From: a virus
Taxonomy: Duplodnaviria > Heunggongvirae > Uroviricota > Caudoviricetes
DNA: 9,444 nucleotides
IMG/VR virus record: IMGVR_UViG_2648501797_000003
Span: 1 to 9,444 of that record
Reading direction: 5' to 3' (one strand)
Shown piece by piece: positions 5,341-9,444 of the stretch. How positions within the stretch are numbered: position 1 is the first letter of the stretch; each line of letters begins with the position of its first letter. The notes beneath the pieces were generated by a model. It made no database searches. It was not told where the DNA came from and saw only the letters and a program-made list of their open reading frames with translations. Both the position numbers and the translations under genes were made by a program.

Positions 5341-6221
5341 TGGCGACTAACGATTTTAAACCCTTCGCTACTGGTAGCGGGGCAAACGTATTATCACAAG
5401 CTGATTATGACGCACTGTCGGCCAGAACAACTGGCTTTTTAAGTGGCAAAGCGTCTTCGGCCCAGGTCAACAAAGCTTTAAGGCAGGCATCAACTATTGC
5501 GGCGGTTGTGGCGCAGTTTATTTCTGATAACAGCGGCGATGACACCCTTGATAACGGTAATTTACCTACCTTACTGGCTAGTCTCGAAAGCGCCCTCCTC
5601 AAGTCCTCCCCTGGGCGGTTACAGAATATCGTTAGCTTTACCGCAAATGGGACCTACACCCCATCGCCAGGAACCAAACATGTAAAAGTTATTGTTACTG
5701 GCGGTGGTGGCGGTGGTGGTGGTTGTCAGGGAACTTCAGGATCTGAATCAGTTTCAGGTGGCGGCGGCGGTGCTGGTGGTACGGCCATTGGTTATTTTGC
5801 TGTAACTGAATCCAGCTATGCAGTCACTGTAGGTGCTGGTGGTTCTGCTGGCGTTGGTGCTGTCCAGGGTGGAACAGGCGGAACCTCAATCATTAACGGC
5901 ATTAGCGGATTGGGCGGAGATGGTGGTCAGAAATCAGGGATCACTACGCTGGCTGGTGGGAAAGGCGGTATTTCTATTGGTGGCTCGGTTAACCTTCCCG
6001 GAGGTTACGGCACTGATGGGCAAAATGGCTCCCTGATTATCCCCGGCAATGGCGGCTCGTCATATTGGGGCGGCGGTGGTCGTGGGGGCGCACGCGGGGG
6101 CGTGGCAGGGGATTGTTATGGTGCCGGTGGTGGTGGCGCATATGATGCTGCCATGTCTGGCAACTCCTACAATGGCGGACAGGGGAAAGCAGGGATTGTA
6201 TATATTGAGGAATATTCTTAA
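5340..6221 (+). CDS. Glycine-rich protein (293 aa from ATG 5340), tail-fibre/adhesin-like
   Basis: ATG 5340 overlaps the upstream stop (TAATG) with GGGGAGAGAG upstream; the ORF-track start at 5322 lies inside the upstream gene. N-terminal ~110 aa ordinary composition (MATNDFKPFATGSGANVLSQADYDAL...), then polyglycine tracts (G8, G5, GGxGG) separated by short variable segments. Family not identified. Confidence 0.7.
   Translation: MATNDFKPFATGSGANVLSQADYDALSARTTGFLSGKASSAQVNKALRQASTIAAVVAQFISDNSGDDTLDNGNLPTLLASLESALLKSSPGRLQNIVSFTANGTYTPSPGTKHVKVIVTGGGGGGGGCQGTSGSESVSGGGGGAGGTAIGYFAVTESSYAVTVGAGGSAGVGAVQGGTGGTSIINGISGLGGDGGQKSGITTLAGGKGGISIGGSVNLPGGYGTDGQNGSLIIPGNGGSSYWGGGGRGGARGGVAGDCYGAGGGGAYDAAMSGNSYNGGQGKAGIVYIEEYS
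5700..5723 (+). repeat. In-frame trinucleotide simple-sequence repeat (GGY)8 encoding Gly8
   Basis: GGC GGT GGT GGC GGT GGT GGT GGT read directly from the sequence, within the Gly-rich CDS. Confidence 0.8.
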
Positions 6222-6391
6222 TGGTAAGCAAGTATGCAGTCCTGAAAGAATGCGTGGTAGAAAACATTATTGTTGCTGATGATAATTACTCTCCTGATGA
6301 TTTCGAAGTCGTAAAATATAGCGACGAAACATTTTGCCAGCCAGGCATGTTGTACAATAAAGAGGATGGTTTATTTTATGATGATAAATAA
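6221..6391 (+). CDS. Hypothetical small protein (56 aa), translationally coupled to the Gly-rich gene
   Basis: ATG 6221 overlaps stop TAA 6219-6221 (TAATG); translation MVSKYAVLKECVVENIIVADDNYSPDDFEVVKYSDETFCQPGMLYNKEDGLFYDDK. Below the ORF-track cutoff. Could be a short chaperone or a fragment of a tail-fibre assembly protein; unproven. Confidence 0.35.
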   Translation: MVSKYAVLKECVVENIIVADDNYSPDDFEVVKYSDETFCQPGMLYNKEDGLFYDDK

Positions 6392-6438
6392 TCATCAAGA
6401 ATAAATAACATTATCTACATATCTACACATTACCAATC

Positions 6439-6463
6439 AACCGGCTTATGCCGGTTTTTTATT
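6439..6463 (+). terminator. Strong intrinsic terminator directly abutting the start of the 694-aa gene
   Basis: 7-bp stem AACCGGC / GCCGGTT, 4-nt loop TTAT, followed by TTTTTTATT; ATG of the next gene at 6473. Confidence 0.7.
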
Positions 6464-6472
6464 GGGGCGACC

Positions 6473-8557
6473 ATGAGTGAATACGATACCGGCAATCCTG
6501 TGCCGTCTGCATCAATACCTGATGCATGGGATAATATGCAGTCTATTGACAGGTTCGCTAATAGTAGTGATGAAACTATTACCACGCGTACAGGTAAGCA
6601 GTTAGACACTCTGCATGGCATCAATGTAAAGTCTGATAACCAACTTAATGAACAACAAGATACCTTTGAATTATCTCAATCCGAAAGGGAATCCTCTTTC
6701 GAAGAAAAATCAAATGAATTTGAATCGCGCTTCTCCTCTCAGTTATCGGCGCAGGAATCAACATTTTCAGAATCTCAATCTGATAAAGAAAACCGCTTTC
6801 AGCAGTTCCTGAATACTTCAGGATACGTGTTCCTTGGCGATTATCAGGACGGCCCATTCCAGTTTAGTGCCCGTAACCAGTACATCCGTTACGGCAATGA
6901 GTATTACCGCCTGAATGCTGCTACTGACGTCGGCTTTACGACCACCGGAACCGATGCGACCAGCTTTGCGAACGACGTTACTCACTTCGTTCTGATGGAT
7001 GGTGATACGCTTCGCCAAGACCTGGGTTCAGGCGAAGGAGCAATGAAGGTTTACCGGAACGCCTCACCTCTGGCCAGAATCATTCGCTCCTCGATTTTTG
7101 AATACCTTACTGAAGCTGATCAGCAGGCGTTGCTCACAATTCCTGGCGTTAATGTTATCGCTGACTACGCGTTAAAAAAAGCTATAGCTGATGGAGTGAT
7201 GGTACTGGATATTCCGTGGAATGTCGGTGCGTTAAATTTCGGGCTTGACCCCGCAATGCTTCCATTAGGTTTTCAATTTATAGGGTGGGGTTGCCGACGC
7301 CCATATACAATTGATGACGATAACAGTTTTCTGAATTGCGGAGTCGTCATCCGCGTAGCTGCTGGTGCAAGTTTTCCATTTTATTCAACAGGCAGGCATG
7401 TATTCCGGGATATTGTTTTTGATGGCCGAGATAAAACAACGTACCTTTTTTATTCGCCAAATACTGCAACCCAGTTCAACGGCACCCGACTTGAGGGGTG
7501 TGGATTTTATCGGTTTGCGATCGGGATTGGCTGGGCTTCAGGAGGAACAGCCAGGTACATCGGAACAATGAAAGCATATTTCTGCTCAATATCCGGAAAC
7601 GGGGATGGAGTCAGGAATTTAATAGACTCCATGATGTTTGGTTGCACAATCAATGCTAATGATCGAGGAGTGGCCCTTACCGGTGGGGCAAACAATAACT
7701 TTTTTGGAGGATGCCGGAACGAATGGAACACCGGCGATAACTGGTATGCGTACCAGTCGGTGGAGAACCAGATTTTCGGCGAACTGTGCGACAGGGCCGG
7801 AAGGGGAGGTGTGGTCGCCGGGGCGAAATCCTCATGGATTTTAAACGGCGTTAACGTCCGGCGCAGTGGTGCTAATCAACCCGTGGGTAATGACTATTCC
7901 GCAAACTTTATTATTATTGATGACGGTAAAATTGAACTCTCAGGGGTAAGAACTGGTGTCGGTGCGAATGACAGCGGTGACGGAGGGACAATCTCGCCAT
8001 CCTACAACGTATCAGCTCTTGGCTCTGGCGGGGGGACCTTGCAGGTTTCCGGAAGTGACATGACTGGTTTTGTTACTTCAGCAATTAACCAGAAGGCGAC
8101 CACGTTAAATAAGTCGATAACCGGCAACCTTGGTATGGACGACGATGTAAATATTGGTATGACCCAGGTTGTTAAAGGCAGGCGAATTATTGGTTCACAG
8201 TCATCAGGTACGTTAGCAGGCTCTGCGGGCGCAACGTTATCGCTGACCAAGACCAACATATTCCAGAATTATTTCGATACATATATTACCCGTTCAATCC
8301 TAATTGAATGTCGAATTGGTAGCCAGTCATTTGGTGACGATATTAAAATTCCCGTCAGATTCAGAAGGGAGAATCTTTATTATCTGGATATCCTGACCTC
8401 GGGAATTGTTGCCAGCTCTGCACGCATTGGGCTTTCAGGGACTGGCGTAACGGTATCATTGTCCATTAACAGCTCAACCGGTCTGGTTACTGTTCAGTTG
8501 ACAAATGTTGATGGTCTGGAAAGAACCGTTAATGTATCAATGTTGCCCTCAATGTAG
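6473..8557 (+). CDS. Tail-fibre / tailspike-like protein (694 aa); probable receptor-binding protein with beta-helix-like body
   Basis: Long ORF. N-terminal acidic Ser/Glu/Phe repeats with roughly 11-residue spacing of Phe (TFELSQSERESSFEEKSNEFESRFSSQLSAQESTFSESQSDKENRF), typical of fibre coiled-coils; central and C-terminal Gly/Asn/Ser/Thr-rich stretches resembling beta-helix tailspike proteins. No specific family confirmed. Confidence 0.7.
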   Translation: MSEYDTGNPVPSASIPDAWDNMQSIDRFANSSDETITTRTGKQLDTLHGINVKSDNQLNEQQDTFELSQSERESSFEEKSNEFESRFSSQLSAQESTFSESQSDKENRFQQFLNTSGYVFLGDYQDGPFQFSARNQYIRYGNEYYRLNAATDVGFTTTGTDATSFANDVTHFVLMDGDTLRQDLGSGEGAMKVYRNASPLARIIRSSIFEYLTEADQQALLTIPGVNVIADYALKKAIADGVMVLDIPWNVGALNFGLDPAMLPLGFQFIGWGCRRPYTIDDDNSFLNCGVVIRVAAGASFPFYSTGRHVFRDIVFDGRDKTTYLFYSPNTATQFNGTRLEGCGFYRFAIGIGWASGGTARYIGTMKAYFCSISGNGDGVRNLIDSMMFGCTINANDRGVALTGGANNNFFGGCRNEWNTGDNWYAYQSVENQIFGELCDRAGRGGVVAGAKSSWILNGVNVRRSGANQPVGNDYSANFIIIDDGKIELSGVRTGVGANDSGDGGTISPSYNVSALGSGGGTLQVSGSDMTGFVTSAINQKATTLNKSITGNLGMDDDVNIGMTQVVKGRRIIGSQSSGTLAGSAGATLSLTKTNIFQNYFDTYITRSILIECRIGSQSFGDDIKIPVRFRRENLYYLDILTSGIVASSARIGLSGTGVTVSLSINSSTGLVTVQLTNVDGLERTVNVSMLPSM

Positions 8558-8565
8558 GAGTGAAA

Positions 8566-8745
8566 ATGGAAGACGAAACAGAACTGACCGAACCGCCATT
8601 TGAAACCTGGTTCAGAGACGTGGTTGAACTGGTTAAAAATGGCGGACATTCAATGGATATTGTTGCCTATAAGGGGGAATGGGTTGATTATTTTTCGGAA
8701 GGATTAACACCAGAAGATGCGTTTATAAAAAGAATGGCTCTTTAA
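8566..8745 (+). CDS. Hypothetical small acidic protein (59 aa from ATG 8566)
   Basis: SD AGGAG (8556-8560) overlaps the stop of the 694-aa gene, 5 nt upstream of ATG 8566; very acidic (MEDETELTEPPFETWFRDVVELV...). Confidence 0.5.
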   Translation: MEDETELTEPPFETWFRDVVELVKNGGHSMDIVAYKGEWVDYFSEGLTPEDAFIKRMAL

Positions 8746-8858
8746 ATAACCGACCGAAAATAAATGTCAGGGAGTAACGTATTGATAATTTTCGACAAAA
8801 CGGCAGAGCATAGTGAAAACCGCCTGTGGATGATGGCCAACATGGGGAGGATTCTGTA

Positions 8859-9176
8859 ATGGGCTTTCCATCACCCGCGACGGATTACACGGAACAGCGA
8901 TTAACGGTTAACTCGATCTGCAATGTCGGTCCAAATACGCGCCTCTTCGAGCAATCTGGCGGTTACGTTGTGCTGGATGTCTCCCTGAAACCAAAGCAGG
9001 CCAGTCAGGTTCTGATCCAGCACGGCGGCGGGACGGAGCTTGCCACGCTGAGAGGAAGGTCGCTGATTACCGAAGATGGTGAAGCGATCGAGGGCGAGGC
9101 CCTGGACGATGTTACTGTCATCGGTGTAGTGACGTTTACTATCTGCGATGTGCGCCAGGACAATGCGGTTGTTTAG
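8859..9176 (+). CDS. UmuD'-like protein lacking the N-terminal pro-peptide (HumD-like; 105 aa)
   Basis: SD GGAGG (8846-8850) 8 nt upstream of ATG 8859. N-terminus MGFPSPATDYTEQRLTVNSIC matches the UmuD segment GFPSPAADYVEQRIDLNQLL that begins at the Cys24-Gly25 self-cleavage site (13 of 20 identical by my recall). C-terminal TVIGVVTFTI resembles UmuD DVFGVVIHVV. No GDSM serine motif seen and no umuC-like ORF downstream. Confidence 0.65.
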   Translation: MGFPSPATDYTEQRLTVNSICNVGPNTRLFEQSGGYVVLDVSLKPKQASQVLIQHGGGTELATLRGRSLITEDGEAIEGEALDDVTVIGVVTFTICDVRQDNAVV

Positions 9177-9339
9177 TTGCAGTCAATTGATGGAAGATTT
9201 CGCGTGGCAGGCGTCTTGGGGCATGGGTGGGGCATGAGAAATCAGTGAATTTCGCCAAACATTGCAAACAACGTATGTTGGATGCTATCTCCAGCCATTA
9301 AAAATGGCGCTCCTGGACGATATTTGTCGATTTTTAAAT

Positions 9340-9444
9340 TTACCGCGTCACGCAGTTAAAGTGGCGGGCATACTCTTCAAGGCTGGTGATCCCCAACCGC
9401 ACCCATTTAGGATGCGACCATTGCGGTAGACCGATGTAAATCAT
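9340..9444 (-). pseudogene. 5' fragment (34 codons plus stop) of a DUF72 / YecE-like host gene, apparently interrupted
   Basis: Minus-strand translation from ATG at 9444-9442: MIYIGLPQWSHPKWVRLGITSLEEYARHFNCV then TR-stop. This matches my recollection of the E. coli YecE (DUF72) N-terminus, which should continue EGNTT...; divergence begins near 9348. Identification from memory. Confidence 0.45.

Noticed and set aside
5772-5959. Three Chi octamers GCTGGTGG in the same orientation within 190 bp (5772-5779, 5835-5842, 5952-5959)
   Set aside because: Most simply explained by recurrent Ala/Leu-Gly-Gly coding (GCT GGT GG) in the glycine-rich gene, not selection for RecBCD modulation; noted only because the element also encodes a Gam-like RecBCD inhibitor.
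5700-6130. Possible CRISPR array or RTX-type calcium-binding repeats in the Gly-rich region
   Set aside because: The repeats are short in-frame Gly codons without regular spacers, so not CRISPR; the Gly/Asp pattern does not follow the regular GGxGxDxUx nonapeptide periodicity.
5405-6279. Several short ORFs on both strands within the Gly-rich gene (5405..5602 -, 5497..5685 +, 5833..6036 +, 6037..6267 -, 6049..6279 +)
   Set aside because: Products of GGN-rich sequence being open in many frames; the long frame is translationally coupled to its neighbours.
6430-8259. Minus-strand ORFs (6430..6624, 6645..6857, 6818..7018, 7507..7731, 8002..8259) and plus ORFs 7365..7571 and 7638..7844 inside the 694-aa gene
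   Set aside because: All lie within and are shorter than the 694-aa reading frame, which has coherent fibre-like sequence features; no independent start signals.
8826-8858. GTG start at 8826 for the UmuD'-like gene (ORF-track start, 116 aa)
   Set aside because: ATG 8859 has a GGAGG SD at optimal spacing and coincides with the conserved GFPSPA arm; the 11-codon extension has no SD and no homology.

Overview
This window reads as the right-hand part of a reduced lambdoid-type prophage or prophage remnant from an enterobacterium. All homology statements come from reading the translations and from recall; no database search was run. Left end, minus strand: an early recombination operon (323-aa coiled-coil protein, Gam-like protein, Bet/Red-beta); bet ends exactly at position 1, so exo would lie beyond the window. 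A 249-bp divergent control region (2064-2312) separates it from a plus-strand run of five small unknown ORFs and a 229-aa candidate late regulator. Downstream lie a pR'/tR'-like promoter-terminator pair, a tRNA-Asn(GUU)-like gene, a decayed tRNA-like remnant and a second terminator. The late-gene position holds a holin-like membrane protein translationally coupled to a glycine-rich protein and a 56-aa ORF, then a strong terminator abutting a 694-aa tail-fibre/tailspike-like protein, a small acidic protein and a naturally truncated UmuD'-like (HumD-like) protein. The last ~100 bp carry, on the minus strand, the first 34 codons of a DUF72/YecE-like host gene that then breaks off, suggesting the element-chromosome junction. 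No capsid, terminase, tail-shaft, endolysin, replication, repressor or integrase gene is visible in the window. The most unusual parts are the holin-like/Gly-rich pair, the orphan receptor-binding genes behind serial terminators, and the pre-truncated UmuD'-like gene at the junction.
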